Below, one piece after another: positions 9,390 through 20,762 of a stretch of DNA of 32,000 nucleotides. The position numbers and the translations under genes are program-made. Each line of letters starts with the position of its first letter. Within the stretch, counting starts at the first letter, position 1. The DNA comes from Xylella taiwanensis. Its GTDB lineage: Bacteria; Pseudomonadota; Gammaproteobacteria; Xanthomonadales; Xanthomonadaceae. The notes below the pieces were generated by a model that was given only the letters and a program-made list of their open reading frames with translations, was not told the DNA's origin and ran no database searches. The stretch spans positions 90,001-122,000 of the forward strand of contig NZ_CP053627.1 of the NCBI RefSeq assembly GCF_013177435.1, written 5' to 3'.

Positions 9390-10697
9390 TCAATGGTCAT
9401 GATGCAGATAAGTGGCTTGGTGTGGTAAGCGTAAACTGACCAAGAACACTACCACCATCATCGTTGCGACGTACCAGAAGAACACCGTTTCCAGGCCAAA
9501 GCTCTTGAGTCCGAGGGCAACATATTCGGCCGAACCACCAAACATGGCGTTGCCCATCGCGTAGGCAAAGCCCACGCCTAGCGCACGTATTTCTGCTGGG
9601 AACATCTCGGCTTTCACGATGCCGGAGATCGAGGTGTACAAGCTAACGATCGCCAACGCTCCCACAATCAGTATGAATGCTGGTAGCGGCGCATGAACAT
9701 GTTGTAATGCTGCCAGAATCGGCACAGTACAGACTGCACCTGATGCACCAAACAGCAGCATGCTGTTGCGCCGACCGATATAGTCTGACAGTAGGCCGAA
9801 CAACGGTTGCATGCACATATAGACAAACAGCGCGCAACTCATCACCAGACTGGAGGTCTGTTTGGACAAGCCGGAACTGTTGACTAGGAATTTCTGCATA
9901 TAAGTGGTGAAAGTGTAGAAAATCAGCGAGCCGCCAGCGGTATAGCCAAATACGGTCAGGAATGCGGCACGGTGTTCGCTGAACAGCGCTGATAGCGAAC
10001 CGGCGCGTGGGTCATGTCGGCTATTTTCTGATTGAGTCTCGCTCAGTGCGCGGCGTAGCAGTAACGCAACCGCTGCGGCAATCGCGCCGATCATGAATGG
10101 AATGCGCCACCCCCAGACACGCATTTGAACCTCAGTGAATAACGCCTCCAGCACTACCAGGGTCAACACTGCCAGTAACTGGCCACCGATCAGCGTGACG
10201 TACTGGAACGAGGAATAGAAGCCGCGTCGTCCACGCAGTGCGATTTCACTCATGTAAGTCGCGGTAGAGCCGTACTCACCACCTACCGACAGGCCTTGTA
10301 TCAGACGTGCGACCAGCAATAAAAACGGCGCCCAAGCGCCAATCATATTATGGGTCGGAAGCATGGCGATCATCAGCGAACCGGCACACATCATCATCAC
10401 CGAGATCAATAGTGAGCGTTTGCGTCCGTAGCGATCGGCAATCCGTCCGAACAGCCAACCGCCGATGGGTCGCATGAAGAAGCCCGCGCCAAAGATGGCT
10501 GCAGTGTTGAGTAATTGTGCGGTTTGATTGGATGCAGGGAAAAACTGGGAGGAAAAATACAGTACGGTGAATGCGTAGACGTAAAAATCAAACCATTCGA
10601 CCAAGTTGCCGGAGGAAACGGCCATGATCGCGAAAATGCGACGGCGCTTCTCTTGAGCGGTGTAATACGAGAGTGGGGGAGTGTGTGTGTCGGACAT
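9390..10697 (-). CDS. kgtP: MFS metabolite:H+ symporter, alpha-ketoglutarate permease-like
   Basis: ORF 9390-10724. It is collinear with E. coli KgtP as I recall it ([14 protein letters not shown]..., [47 protein letters not shown]). The listed ORF begins at a TTG, so the ATG at 10697 (MSDTHTPP) is more likely. Confidence 0.8.
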   Translation of the reverse strand: MSDTHTPPLSYYTAQEKRRRIFAIMAVSSGNLVEWFDFYVYAFTVLYFSSQFFPASNQTAQLLNTAAIFGAGFFMRPIGGWLFGRIADRYGRKRSLLISVMMMCAGSLMIAMLPTHNMIGAWAPFLLLVARLIQGLSVGGEYGSTATYMSEIALRGRRGFYSSFQYVTLIGGQLLAVLTLVVLEALFTEVQMRVWGWRIPFMIGAIAAAVALLLRRALSETQSENSRHDPRAGSLSALFSEHRAAFLTVFGYTAGGSLIFYTFTTYMQKFLVNSSGLSKQTSSLVMSCALFVYMCMQPLFGLLSDYIGRRNSMLLFGASGAVCTVPILAALQHVHAPLPAFILIVGALAIVSLYTSISGIVKAEMFPAEIRALGVGFAYAMGNAMFGGSAEYVALGLKSFGLETVFFWYVATMMVVVFLVSLRLPHQATYLHHDH

Positions 10698-10752
10698 CGG
10701 ATCGAGGTCCCGTGGTAACGTCAAAAACTGTCAGTGTGAACTATCTTAAAAC

Positions 10753-12126
10753 TTAAGTGTGGTAACACCGAGTGTCCGCCGTAGCATATCGTGAGCACAG
10801 ACTCGGATCCCAGGTCTCACAGCGATTCTGCAGCAAGGCACGCAGCGGTGCCCCGTCGTCGCTTGCGGCTAAGCGCTCTACTTCAGCTAAAGGCAGATCA
10901 ATGTGTAGTAACCAACCACCATATTCATCGGTCTGCTCTTCACGCACTCCATTCAGTTGGTGCAGGCGCGCGCGCAGACGTCCTGCCGAAGGCAGTAAGC
11001 GTAACTCGCCCTGTACATGTTGCATCTTCAAACGATTACTCAATACTTGTTGCAGCAACTCAAGTCCGTGTCCATGATGTGCGGACAACCATACGCGCTC
11101 GCGCCGTGCGAGGTCAGGTATACCGTACTGTGCGTCTTGACGCACCTCTGCACCCTCAATGCGGTCGATTTTGTTGAACACCAGTAGCTGCGGCAGTTCA
11201 CCGGCACCGACCGCTTGTAGTACTTCGTCTACCTGGTTGATACGTTCCTCGCGCAGCGGATCTGCTGCGTCAATGACGTGTAGTAGTAGATCAGCTTCGC
11301 GCGCTTCGGATAGCGTAGAGCGGAATGCGGCCACCAGTTCGTGCGGCAGATTACGTACAAAGCCGACAGTATCTGCCAGCATCGCACTGCTGCCGCCAGG
11401 CAGAACAATACGGCGTACTTTGGGGTCTAGCGTGGCGAACAGTTGGTCGGCAGTGTAAGCAGAGGCACCTGTTAGTGCATTAAATAGAGTCGATTTGCCG
11501 GCGTTGGTATAGCCAACTAGGGCGATACGAGGCAGTTCACTACGGACTCGTGCACGACTCATCTGGGTGCGCTGCACCTCGACTTTACCTAGGCGTTTTT
11601 GTAGTTGCTCCACCCGCTTTTGTAATAAGCGGCGATCAGTTTCCAACTGCGTTTCACCGGGACCACGCAGACCGATTGAACCACCGCGCTGGCGCTCCAG
11701 GTGGGTCCAGCCACGTACCAGTCGTGTTGCCAAGTGTCGTAGCTGTGCCAATTCGACTTGCAACTTGCCTTCGTGGCTGCATGCGCGTTGTGCGAAGATG
11801 TCCAGAATAAGTCCGGTACGATCAATCACGCGACGTTCAAGAGACCTTTCCAGATTACGTTCTTGCACGGGGGATAGTGCATGGTTAATTAGGATCAGGT
11901 CTGCACCGGTGGCATCGGCGGTTCCCTTTATTTCCTTTAACTTGCCACAGCCAATCAGTGTTGACGGGTTCGGACGATTAATCCGAACCGTTAGCGTTCC
12001 AGCTACAGTTGCTCCTGCCGATCTAGTCAGATCAGCAAATTCTTCCAAAGCGCCGTCTTCGGTAGAGTGATTGGTGAGGGGCTGGATCAGCAACGCGTAC
12101 TCGCCTTTGCGTGAGCGGTCAAACAC
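10753..12126 (-). CDS. hflX: GTPase HflX
   Basis: 457-aa ORF with G-domain motifs (GYTNAGKST, DTVGF, NKID) and an HflX N-terminal domain. The GTG start at 12126 is preceded by AGGAG with a 6-nt spacer, and lies 14 nt after the hfq stop. Confidence 0.9.
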   Translation of the reverse strand: MFDRSRKGEYALLIQPLTNHSTEDGALEEFADLTRSAGATVAGTLTVRINRPNPSTLIGCGKLKEIKGTADATGADLILINHALSPVQERNLERSLERRVIDRTGLILDIFAQRACSHEGKLQVELAQLRHLATRLVRGWTHLERQRGGSIGLRGPGETQLETDRRLLQKRVEQLQKRLGKVEVQRTQMSRARVRSELPRIALVGYTNAGKSTLFNALTGASAYTADQLFATLDPKVRRIVLPGGSSAMLADTVGFVRNLPHELVAAFRSTLSEAREADLLLHVIDAADPLREERINQVDEVLQAVGAGELPQLLVFNKIDRIEGAEVRQDAQYGIPDLARRERVWLSAHHGHGLELLQQVLSNRLKMQHVQGELRLLPSAGRLRARLHQLNGVREEQTDEYGGWLLHIDLPLAEVERLAASDDGAPLRALLQNRCETWDPSLCSRYATADTRCYHT

Positions 12127-12140
12127 ACCTCACTCCTGGA

Positions 12141-12419
12141 TCATTCCACTTCGTCATCGTTAATTTGTAACGTATCAGCACCTGATTGCACATAACCTCC
12201 ACCAGGCCCAACTCGCACGTTGCGCGCTGGTACCACTGTGGAAATGGCGTGCTTGTACACCATCTGGCTAACAGTATTACGCAGCAGAACGACAAATTGA
12301 TCGAATGATTCGATTGTGCCCTGCAGCTTGATGCCATTAACCAGATATACCGACACAGGTACCCGTTCGCGACGCAGCGCGTTTAGGAAAGGATCCTGCA
12401 AAGATTGCCCCTTAGCCAT
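12141..12419 (-). CDS. hfq: RNA chaperone Hfq
   Basis: [64 protein letters not shown] is a canonical Hfq Sm fold. The ATG at 12419 is preceded by AAGGAG with a 7-nt spacer. The longer listed ORF (to 12518) is an upstream extension. Confidence 0.95.
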   Translation of the reverse strand: MAKGQSLQDPFLNALRRERVPVSVYLVNGIKLQGTIESFDQFVVLLRNTVSQMVYKHAISTVVPARNVRVGPGGGYVQSGADTLQINDDEVE

Positions 12420-12492
12420 CGCAAACTCCTTTATTTTTCTTATTACTCCGGTCAGCCTGTTTGTTTTCCTAGTCGGCTCCGGAGGCATAATG

Positions 12493-13476
12493 TTACACCG
12501 GTGAGACGCAGTCGACATGTTTTTGTCTGTTTAAAAATGCTTCTACTACTTTCTCGATTTTGGATTGATCATGTTCTGGATCGAACCAAAGGGCATCTAG
12601 TTGGCTGCGCAGCCATGTCAACTGGCGTTTGGCGAGTTGACGCGTGGCGGCAATGCTACGCTGATACATCACATCGGCAGTGTAAATTCCGTCCAAGTAT
12701 TGCCAAGATTGTCGGTAGCCTACCGCACGCATCGCTGGCAGATCCAGTGGTCGAGCCATTGTGTGGATGTATGGTACTGCACGTAAAGCATGCACCTCGG
12801 CAAGCAGACCATTGTCCAGCATCGCCTTGAAGCGTTGTGCGATCCTGACGTGCAGTATTTCCCGATGGACCGGTGCCAGCACCAGCTTAAGAACCCGCAA
12901 CGGTAACCGTTGCTTGGACGGCTGCTTTTGCCAATCGCTGATCGATCGTCCGCTCATGCGATAGACTTCCAGCGCACGCTGAATCCGCTGTGGGTCCGTG
13001 GCTTGGATACGGGCAGCTGCGATCGAATCGACCTCGGCCAAGCGTTTGTGCAGTGCTGCCCAATTCTCGCGTGCGGCCTCGGCAGCGATCATCGCACGTA
13101 TTCCAGGATTGGCTGCAGGCATATCCGAGAGACCTTCCAGTAACGCACGGAAGTACAGGCCAGTGCCGCCAGCTAGGATTGGTAATGCACCACGTGCAAC
13201 GATCATTTCGATTGCTGCGCGAGCATCATGCGCGAAATCGGCTGCAGAATAGATTTGCCAAGGTTCACAGATGTCGATCAAATGATGTGGTACTGCTGCG
13301 CGCATCGCCGCATTCGGCTTGGCTGTACCGATATCTAAGCCGCGGTAGACCAGAACTGAGTCAACACTAACGACCTCCCCTCCCCAACGCTTGGCAATAT
13401 CTATGGCCAGCACGCTTTTGCCGCTGGCGGTTGGCCCCATTAGCGCAATTGCCAGTGGTCTAGTGTCGACTGGCAT
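12493..13476 (-). CDS. miaA: tRNA dimethylallyltransferase MiaA
   Basis: ORF 12493-13542. It has a P-loop ([10 protein letters not shown]) and is collinear with the MiaA family. The start [14 protein letters not shown] at 13476 shares one nucleotide with the folP stop (TGATG). Confidence 0.9.
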   Translation of the reverse strand: MPVDTRPLAIALMGPTASGKSVLAIDIAKRWGGEVVSVDSVLVYRGLDIGTAKPNAAMRAAVPHHLIDICEPWQIYSAADFAHDARAAIEMIVARGALPILAGGTGLYFRALLEGLSDMPAANPGIRAMIAAEAARENWAALHKRLAEVDSIAAARIQATDPQRIQRALEVYRMSGRSISDWQKQPSKQRLPLRVLKLVLAPVHREILHVRIAQRFKAMLDNGLLAEVHALRAVPYIHTMARPLDLPAMRAVGYRQSWQYLDGIYTADVMYQRSIAATRQLAKRQLTWLRSQLDALWFDPEHDQSKIEKVVEAFLNRQKHVDCVSPV

Positions 13477-14363
13477 CAATAACAGGTTGCTGTCGTCTGG
13501 GTACGTGGTGTAGGCACAGATGCTGCTGAGACTGCCTGCCAAACTTTGAGGGCATCCACCATAGCCGCCACGTCATGCACCCGTACGATTAACGCGCCGT
13601 GTTGTACCGCAATTAAATGTGCAGCGACGGAAGCGTACACGCGTTCGGTCGGTAACTGACGTCCGGTCAGTTCACCCAAGCTGCTCTTGCGTGACCACCC
13701 GACCAACAATGGTACGCCGAGTTTGGTGAAATGTTCCAGTGCAGTTAGCAGTGCAATGTTATGCGCGGTGGTCTTGCCAAAACCGAAACCAGGATCGACC
13801 AGCAATCGGTGTCGTTCGATACCGGCCATCTCGGCTGCAAAAAGCCGCTCGACCAGGAAACGGTGTACTTCATCGACCACATTGTCATACTGTGGTGCTT
13901 GCTGCATCGACTGCGGTTCACCTTTCATATGCATCAACACCACTGGTACAGCTAATTCTGCTGCCGCCTCAAGCGCACCAGGCATGCGTAGTGCATAGAT
14001 GTCGTTAATCAAGCCGGCACCGGCCGCGACTGCCGCGCGCATCACCTCAGGTTTGCAGGTGTCTATGCTAATGACAGCGTTGCCGTGCGCAGCCAATGCA
14101 TTGATGACCGGCATCACGCGGAGTAGTTCGTCCTCCAGCGACACCGGCTCTGCACCGGGACTGTTGGACTTGCCACCGATATCGATGATGTCTGCGCCCT
14201 CGGCAATCAGACGCAATCCATGTGCGACTGCGGCCTCGACGGAGACATAAAGGCCTCCGTCGGCAAAAGAATCAGGAGTAACGTTGAGGATGCCCATTAC
14301 CAGTGGGCGGTCCAAACGCAAGGTGCGCCCGGCGCAGTGCAGGGTTGGGATAGTATCAAACAT
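13476..14363 (-). CDS. folP: Dihydropteroate synthase
   Basis: 295-aa ORF with [21 protein letters not shown], and the rest of a pterin-binding domain. Confidence 0.9.
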   Translation of the reverse strand: MFDTIPTLHCAGRTLRLDRPLVMGILNVTPDSFADGGLYVSVEAAVAHGLRLIAEGADIIDIGGKSNSPGAEPVSLEDELLRVMPVINALAAHGNAVISIDTCKPEVMRAAVAAGAGLINDIYALRMPGALEAAAELAVPVVLMHMKGEPQSMQQAPQYDNVVDEVHRFLVERLFAAEMAGIERHRLLVDPGFGFGKTTAHNIALLTALEHFTKLGVPLLVGWSRKSSLGELTGRQLPTERVYASVAAHLIAVQHGALIVRVHDVAAMVDALKVWQAVSAASVPTPRTQTTATCY

Positions 14364-14592
14364 CAGAAACTTCCTAACTTCCTTAAGGTAACGAGCATGG
14401 TATGGGTGATCGTCAAGCTGATAAATGCACTAACAGCAGTGCCAATCATGGTTTTCAACGTATAGAGCAGTTATATCGCTGGTGAGTTGATCATGGCACA
14501 GCACACAGCATGCCTAGAAAGTAATACTACTGTCATTGCTATTGCTATTCGTATCGTAGCCTGACGGTTTATTGCATTTCAAAGACACAATC

Positions 14593-14614
14593 GGCCCTGG
14601 ATTGCTCCAGGACC
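14593..14614 (-). terminator. Candidate intrinsic terminator downstream of ftsH
   Basis: mRNA sense: GGUCCUGGA GCAA UCCAGGGCC. This is a 9-bp stem including one G-U pair, with a GNRA-type tetraloop, followed by GAUUGUGUCUUU. It lies 35 nt after the ftsH stop in the 285-nt ftsH-folP spacer. Confidence 0.4.
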
Positions 14615-14648
14615 GGGGTTGTGGAGGTACGGTGATTAATTGTTTGGA

Positions 14649-16586
14649 TCAGGTCTGCTCAGCTGGAATAACAATAGTCGTTAACGGGCGGGGGTTGCTC
14701 ATGTCGTCGTCGCTACCCTTGTCAGAAGACTTGCCCCAACCAACCGGAGGTGGTGGCTCACGGCCTTCCATAATGGCATCAATCTGAGGTGCGTCGATGG
14801 TTTCGTACTGCAGCAGCAGCTGCGACATGGCGTGCAGTTTATCCAGGTTGTCGGCCAAGATCTGTTTGGTGCGAGCGTATGCCTTATCCAAGATTGTGCG
14901 CACTACCTCGTCGATCTTGCGAGCGGTCTCGTCGGAGACATTTTTATGCTGGGTGACAGAACGGCCTAGAAACACTTCATCCTCTTCTTCACCATAGGCG
15001 ACCGGACCCAGCTCATCCGAGAGCCCCCACTTGGTGACCATATTGCGCGCCATCTTGGTCACACGTTCGATATCGTTAGAAGCCCCAGTGGTGACTTTGT
15101 CGTCACCGAAGATTAATTCTTCTGCAACACGGCCACCATATAAGGAGCATAGTTGCGACTGGATCGCCACCTTATTGATTGAGTATTTGTCCCCTTCCGG
15201 CAGATACATGGTGACGCCTAAGGCGCGGCCGCGCGGGATAATCGTGACTTTGTATACAGGGTCATGCTCAGGTACCAAGCGGCCTACGATGGCATGACCA
15301 GCTTCGTGGTAAGCAGTAAGGGTCTTTTCTTCCTCACTCATTGCCATTGAGCGGCGTTCAGTGCCCATCAGTATTTTGTCGCGGGCAGAGTCGAAATGGT
15401 TCATTCTGACTTCCTTTTCGTTGCCACGTGCGGCGAACAATGCTGCTTCATTGCACAAATTGGCCAGGTCAGCGCCAGAGAAACCAGGGGTGCCACGCGC
15501 AATCACGAGGGGTTCGACGTCATTGGCCAACAGCAATTTGCGCATATGAACACGTAGGATCTGCTCACGACCTTTAACATCCGGCAGACCAACCACAACT
15601 TGGCGATCGAAGCGACCTGGACGTAGCAGCGCTGGGTCGAGTACGTCTGGGCGATTCGTCGCGGCGATCACGATCACTCCCTCACCGCCTTCGAAACCGT
15701 CCATCTCGACCAAAAGTTGGTTCAAAGTTTGCTCGCGTTCGTCATGACCTCCGCCTAAGCCTGCACCTCGGTGACGGCCGACCGCATCGATTTCGTCGAT
15801 GAAAACAATGCATGGTGCGTGCTTCTTGGCCTGCTCAAACATGTCACGGACGCGGCTAGCGCCGACGCCAACAAACATTTCGACGAAATCAGAGCCAGAA
15901 ATAGAAAAAAACGGCACTTTGGCTTCCCCAGCGATCGCTTTGGCTAACAACGTCTTGCCGGTGCCTGGAGGGCCAACCATCAATACTCCGCGTGGGATTT
16001 TGCCGCCGAGCTTGGTGAATTTGGTAGGGTCACGCAAAAAGTCGACTAGTTCACCGACTTCCTCTTTGGCTTCGTCGCAACCGGCGACGTCAGCGAAAGT
16101 GATTTTGATTTGGTCATCACCTTGCAACTTCGCGCGGGATTTTCCAAACGACATGGCACCTTTAGCACCACCACCCTGCATCTGGCGCATGATGAAAAGC
16201 CAGAATCCAATGATCAGGACGACTGGTAGGAAATTCAATACCAGAGACCAAAAGCCCGGACCGGTGGAAGGCTTCTGCCGAGTCATCTCGATGTTTTTGC
16301 TGTATAACACGTCGACCAGCTTGTCGTCGCGTGGGCCGTAGACCAAACCTTCGCTACCATCGGTGCGTTTGAAGCGAATCGCGTTGACAGTCAGACCGCT
16401 CTCGTCAGTATAGTTCACCGACTTGATCCGCCCGCTATCCACTTCATTCAAGAATTGTGTGTAGGTGATCGGTTCGTTGCCTATTACTCCACCAATACGT
16501 GGCGAGAAACTTTGAAACACCACCATCAGTACGACGGCGACGACCACCCACAACAACAGATTTTTGGTTAAGTCGTTCATCCTCAT
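14649..16586 (-). CDS. ftsH: ATP-dependent zinc metalloprotease FtsH
   Basis: 645-aa ORF with Walker A (GPPGTGKT), the second region of homology, and the HEAGH zinc site. The N-terminal TM segment matches FtsH. The start is either 16586 (MRMND) or 16580 (MND). Confidence 0.95.
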   Translation of the reverse strand: MRMNDLTKNLLLWVVVAVVLMVVFQSFSPRIGGVIGNEPITYTQFLNEVDSGRIKSVNYTDESGLTVNAIRFKRTDGSEGLVYGPRDDKLVDVLYSKNIEMTRQKPSTGPGFWSLVLNFLPVVLIIGFWLFIMRQMQGGGAKGAMSFGKSRAKLQGDDQIKITFADVAGCDEAKEEVGELVDFLRDPTKFTKLGGKIPRGVLMVGPPGTGKTLLAKAIAGEAKVPFFSISGSDFVEMFVGVGASRVRDMFEQAKKHAPCIVFIDEIDAVGRHRGAGLGGGHDEREQTLNQLLVEMDGFEGGEGVIVIAATNRPDVLDPALLRPGRFDRQVVVGLPDVKGREQILRVHMRKLLLANDVEPLVIARGTPGFSGADLANLCNEAALFAARGNEKEVRMNHFDSARDKILMGTERRSMAMSEEEKTLTAYHEAGHAIVGRLVPEHDPVYKVTIIPRGRALGVTMYLPEGDKYSINKVAIQSQLCSLYGGRVAEELIFGDDKVTTGASNDIERVTKMARNMVTKWGLSDELGPVAYGEEEDEVFLGRSVTQHKNVSDETARKIDEVVRTILDKAYARTKQILADNLDKLHAMSQLLLQYETIDAPQIDAIMEGREPPPPVGWGKSSDKGSDDDMSNPRPLTTIVIPAEQT

Positions 16587-16632
16587 TGGTTCCAGTGCCT
16601 CTCATCTACTCTCAATATTCGAACGCGATCGC

Positions 16633-17274
16633 TCACGAGCAGCTTACTTCATTCTGAGTGCGCTTGCCCTCACCGAGGACATAAACCTCTGGGGAGCGTC
16701 TACGGGAGGCTACCGGTTTGCGGATCGCAACTTTTTTATACCTGTGCCGTAATTGGCGGATATAGTCATCTGATCCGATTCCATGGAACAATTTGATTAG
16801 GAACGAGCCGCCTAGTTTCAGATGGATGTCGGCAAAATCCATCGCTAGCTCAGCTAAGTACATCATCCGCGGTTGGTCCACTGCGTCCATTCCACTCTTA
16901 TTGGGGGCCATATCGGAAAGCACAAGGTCAACTGATTGGCCGCGGAGCATTATTTCGAGCTGTGATAGAACAGCTTTATCTCTGAAGTCACCTTGAAGGA
17001 ACTCAATTCCAGCCAACGGCGGCATCTTCAAGATATCCAAAGCGATGACCCTGCCATGATTACCCATCTGTTTGCGTATTTGCTGCGACCATCCTCCAGG
17101 CGCAGCACCAAGGTCGACCACAACCATGTTCGGTCTGAGCAGGCGGTCACGTTTAAGTATTTCCTCTAACTTGTATGCGGCCCGCGAACGCATCCCTTCG
17201 GCATGAGCTTTTTTCACGAAGGGATCGGAGAAATGCTCCTTAAGCCAACGCTGACTGCTCTTGCTGTGCGACAT
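16633..17274 (-). CDS. rlmE: 23S rRNA (uridine2552-2'-O)-methyltransferase RlmE/FtsJ
   Basis: ORF 16633-17289. It contains SSQRWLKEHFSDPFVKKA and VVDLGAAPGGWSQ (the SAM-binding motif). The listed ORF starts at a TTG, so the ATG at 17274 is preferred. It lies upstream of ftsH, as in many gammaproteobacteria. Confidence 0.9.
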   Translation of the reverse strand: MSHSKSSQRWLKEHFSDPFVKKAHAEGMRSRAAYKLEEILKRDRLLRPNMVVVDLGAAPGGWSQQIRKQMGNHGRVIALDILKMPPLAGIEFLQGDFRDKAVLSQLEIMLRGQSVDLVLSDMAPNKSGMDAVDQPRMMYLAELAMDFADIHLKLGGSFLIKLFHGIGSDDYIRQLRHRYKKVAIRKPVASRRRSPEVYVLGEGKRTQNEVSCS

Positions 17275-17342
17275 GGGAAAACCAGACAATAAGATGCACT
17301 ATGCTACTCTAAATCCCACTTCAGCTTCTGTTCTGCACATGC

Positions 17343-17648
17343 ATGACCGCCGCGTTGACTTCTGCCCAGAACCGTTTCCTGCGTGGCCAAGCTCATGATC
17401 TGAAAGTCCTATTGCAGACCGGCGAGAAGGGAGTGACTTCTGGCTTTCTTTCAGAATTGAATGATGCGCTCGAACGGCATGAACTGGTCAAGGTGAAGGT
17501 CATCAATGAGGATCGCGAAATACGCGATATGCTGATTGCTAAGCTCGCTGCTCAAAGTGATAGCGTACTGGTCCAGCGTATTGGTCATGTCGCTATCTTG
17601 TATCGGTGCAGCAAGGAAAAGCGCCAAATCGTGTTGCCAAGCCCTTAA
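17343..17648 (+). CDS. yhbY: YhbY-family CRM-domain RNA-binding protein
   Basis: 101-aa ORF (LTSAQNRFLRGQAHDLKVLLQTGEKGVT...LVKVKV). It is divergent from rlmE, which is the classical yhbY position. Confidence 0.85.
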   Translation: MTAALTSAQNRFLRGQAHDLKVLLQTGEKGVTSGFLSELNDALERHELVKVKVINEDREIRDMLIAKLAAQSDSVLVQRIGHVAILYRCSKEKRQIVLPSP

Positions 17649-17666
17649 GCACACGGAGGTCAGCCT

Positions 17667-18056
17667 GTGCTCTTTACTCAGGAACAGCCTGATTACATAT
17701 ATGTCCTACGCTTTGCTGATGCCCACCATGCGAGAATCAATGATCGAGTATTGCATTCCAGTTTCATTCTGATGCCGGACAAGTTGGTTGAAGACTGGTC
17801 AGTGGCCAGTCCGGAGCAGTTGCAAGCAACCGATTTGGAACCGGTGCTGGCGTTGGCACCGACGCTGGTCATCTTGTCCACTGGTCATCACCAAATGTTT
17901 CCTCCAGCAGTGATACTGGCAACCTGCTTGACTCGTGGGATTGGCATCGAAATTATGACCAACGAAGCCTCGGCACGTACTTACAATGTGTTGGCCAGTG
18001 AGGGCCGGCGGGTGGCATTGGCGATGATCTTATCCGGCGAGGGGCGACCAATGTAA
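17667..18056 (+). CDS. Mth938-domain (DUF498) protein
   Basis: 129-aa ORF with a GTG start preceded by GGAGG at a 7-nt spacer. The C-terminal part (GIGIEIMTNEASARTYNVLASEGRRVALAMIL) is the conserved signature of the Mth938/NDUFAF3-like family. Confidence 0.75.
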   Translation: MLFTQEQPDYIYVLRFADAHHARINDRVLHSSFILMPDKLVEDWSVASPEQLQATDLEPVLALAPTLVILSTGHHQMFPPAVILATCLTRGIGIEIMTNEASARTYNVLASEGRRVALAMILSGEGRPM

Positions 18057-18545
18057 TCGGGGCGACAGCGATCATCAGGCTGTCCCGATCGACTCCGACG
18101 ACGCAGAAGAGCAGGGAAAGGCCTTTGCAATGGGTAATGAGGTGTTTCTTGTTGGTAAGCCTTATCAGACTGATTCAGTTCAGTGTGTGTCTTTATCCCG
18201 CAGCGGCCGGCTGTACTGCTATCTGGGGTGGCTTGGTTGAAACTCATTAGATTGACAAGATGCGGTGTGATCTGCCGCACCCGATGCAAGCGAAACCATA
18301 CTCAGATCAGTGACCATGCGTGCAAAACAACGCATGTCATTGCCTGTATAGCTAAATATGTTGTGCCCAGAAGATTATTTCTCTCTTGGGAGCAAGGTTG
18401 GATGCGTTTGGACAGCATATGACTGATCTTTTTGCGTTAGGGATGTGCCTATCATCCCCAGCCAAGATACTGAATCAATGATTTGTTTTATTTCTCGGAT
18501 GTCCATTGAATTCCTGTCTATGTTCTTCTTCCAACAGGAGAGCGT

Positions 18546-18561
18546 GATCTCCTAGGAGATC
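18546..18561. promoter_or_regulatory. 16-bp perfect palindrome GATCTCCTAGGAGATC
   Basis: The sequence is exactly self-complementary. It lies in the ORF-poor spacer, 40 nt upstream of the unassigned 64-codon ORF at 18601-18795. Confidence 0.3.
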
Positions 18562-18872
18562 GACGAGAAAATCAAGCGTTGCAAGATGTAGCAGAAGTTA
18601 ATGTTAGAGATCATCCAAGATAAAACGGCGTTGCCTGAAGCGAGCTACCCGTTTGATGATGCATCGATTGATGCCTTATCACGGTGGTATCTCGGCGGCA
18701 TTCACCTACATATGGCGAATGATTTTGGCGGCTGTACTTGGAATCATGTGGAATTCGTTCAATGCCGCTGTTCGGTTGTCAAGGAATTGCTTTAATCAAT
18801 AATCAATGTGGCGAGTCTGTTCGGTTCATCGTTGGGTGTGCCGAATTGTCAACTAATAAGTGTTATATCTTG

Positions 18873-20711
18873 TTAACCATCAAGTAGCGCTTGGTTGCGT
18901 ACGGCGCCTTTATCGGCACTGGTTGCAAGTAATGCATATGCCTTCAGTGCGGCGCTGATCTTGCGCGTCCGCGGCTGCTCCGGCTTCCAACCGATAGCAT
19001 TCTGTTCGAGGCGACGTGCGGTCAGTTCCTCTTCGCTGATCAGCAGGTTGATCGCACGCTGGGGGATGTCAATGCGGATATGGTCGCCATTGCGGATCAG
19101 GCCAATCGCACCCCCTGCTGCTGCCTCGGGTGAGGCGTGGCCGATCGACAAACCGGAAGTCCCGCCAGAGAAGCGACCGTCGGTGAACAGCGCGCATTGT
19201 TTCCCGAGGCCCTTGGATTTCAAATAGGACGTCGGGTAGAGCATTTCTTGCATGCCCGGGCCGCCCTTGGGGCCTTCGTAGCGAATCACCACGATATTGC
19301 CGGGTTGGACCTCGTCGCCAAGGATCCCCTTGACCGCCGCGTCCTGGCTTTCGTATACCCGGGTTAAACCCTCAAACACATGGATCGACTCGTCTACGCC
19401 GGCCGTCTTCACCACGCAACCATCGTGGGCAATGTTGCCATAGAGCACGGCTAAGCCTCCTTCCTTCGAGAACGCATGCTCTACGTCGCGGATGCAGCCC
19501 CCGGCGCGATCGATATCCAGTGACGGCCAACGTGTGCTCTGGCTGAATGCAACCTGGGTCGGGATGCCCGCTGGACCGGCTTTATAAAACGTATGCACCG
19601 CTTTATCCTGTGTTCCGATAATGTCCCATGTGGCGATGGCTTCACCCAGGGTCTTGCTATGTACGGTTGCGACGTCGGTATGTAACAGATTGCCGCGTGC
19701 CAACTCAGCTAAAATTGCAATAACACCTCCGGCGCGGTGCACGTCCTCAATGTGGTACTTCGGTGTGTTTGGAGCCACTTTGCATAATTGCGGCACACGC
19801 TGCGACAAGCGATCAATGTCCTGCATCGTAAATGGCACTTCGGCCTCCTGTGCAGCCGCAAGCAGGTGCAAAATCGTGTTAGTCGAGCCGCCCATTGCGA
19901 TATCAAGGGTCATCGCGTTCTCGAACGCAGCGAATGTGGCGATGCCTCGAGGCAATGCAGTGGGATCTTCGGCGCCATACCAGCGGTGACATAACTCAAC
20001 CACAGTGCGTCCAGCGTTCAGAAAGAGTTGTTTGCGGTCAGAATGAGTGGCAACGACCGTTCCGTTCCCTGGCAACGCTAAACCGAGCGCTTCGGTCAGG
20101 CAGTTCATTGAGTTGGCGGTGAACATACCAGCACACGAACCGCAGGTAGGGCAGGCACTGCGCTCCACGGCAGCAACCTCCTCGTCGCTGGCATGAGGAT
20201 CGGCAGCCAGCACCATTGCGTCGATCAGGTCGAGTTTATGATCAGCCAGTTTAGGTTTACCGGCTTCCATCGGTCCACCTGAGACGAACACGGTAGGAAT
20301 GTTCAGGCGTAGCGCAGCCATCAGCATCCCAGGGGTGATTTTGTCGCAGTTCGAGATACATACCAGTGCGTCGGCGCAATGCGCGTTTGCCATGTATTCA
20401 ACCGAGTCGGCGATGATTTCACGACTGGGGAGCGAATACAGCATGCCGTCGTGCCCCATCGCGATACCGTCATCCACCGCAATTGTGTTGAATTCTTTGG
20501 CGACACCGCCGAGACGCTCGATTTCACGCGCAACCAGCTGGCCAAGATCCTTTAGATGTACGTGGCCTGGTACGAATTGGGTGAAAGAATTAGCGATAGC
20601 GATGATCGGCTTGTGAAAATCGTCATCCTGCATGCCGGTAGCACGCCATAAAGCACGTGCGCCAGCCATATTGCGGCCGTAGGTGGAGGTCTTGGATCTG
20701 TAATCGGGCAT
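18873..20711 (-). CDS. ilvD: Dihydroxy-acid dehydratase
   Basis: 612-aa ORF, collinear with IlvD throughout ([37 protein letters not shown], the cluster-ligand cysteine region, [12 protein letters not shown]). Confidence 0.95.
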   Translation of the reverse strand: MPDYRSKTSTYGRNMAGARALWRATGMQDDDFHKPIIAIANSFTQFVPGHVHLKDLGQLVAREIERLGGVAKEFNTIAVDDGIAMGHDGMLYSLPSREIIADSVEYMANAHCADALVCISNCDKITPGMLMAALRLNIPTVFVSGGPMEAGKPKLADHKLDLIDAMVLAADPHASDEEVAAVERSACPTCGSCAGMFTANSMNCLTEALGLALPGNGTVVATHSDRKQLFLNAGRTVVELCHRWYGAEDPTALPRGIATFAAFENAMTLDIAMGGSTNTILHLLAAAQEAEVPFTMQDIDRLSQRVPQLCKVAPNTPKYHIEDVHRAGGVIAILAELARGNLLHTDVATVHSKTLGEAIATWDIIGTQDKAVHTFYKAGPAGIPTQVAFSQSTRWPSLDIDRAGGCIRDVEHAFSKEGGLAVLYGNIAHDGCVVKTAGVDESIHVFEGLTRVYESQDAAVKGILGDEVQPGNIVVIRYEGPKGGPGMQEMLYPTSYLKSKGLGKQCALFTDGRFSGGTSGLSIGHASPEAAAGGAIGLIRNGDHIRIDIPQRAINLLISEEELTARRLEQNAIGWKPEQPRTRKISAALKAYALLATSADKGAVRNQALLDG

Positions 20712-20740
20712 GGTGGTGCGAAGGTGATAGTAAAGAGTAA

Positions 20741-20762
20741 GTAGCAGCGCGCGCGCTGCTAC
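20741..20762. promoter_or_regulatory. 22-bp perfect GC-rich palindrome immediately upstream of ilvD (hairpin in the leader, or an operator)
   Basis: GTAGCAGCGCGCGCGCTGCTAC is exactly self-complementary. On the ilvD (minus) strand it is followed by TTACTCTTTACTATCACC, and the ilvD ATG comes 29 nt later. Confidence 0.45.

Noticed and set aside
11567-12070. Long ORFs antisense to, or out of frame with, known genes (also 1826-2311, 15799-16341, 25467-25931, 12990-13370 and others)
   Set aside because: They lie fully inside strongly supported genes (hflX, usher, ftsH, lpxL, miaA). Their compositions are Arg/Ser/Cys/Pro-rich, as expected of shadow frames, and they have no recognisable motifs.
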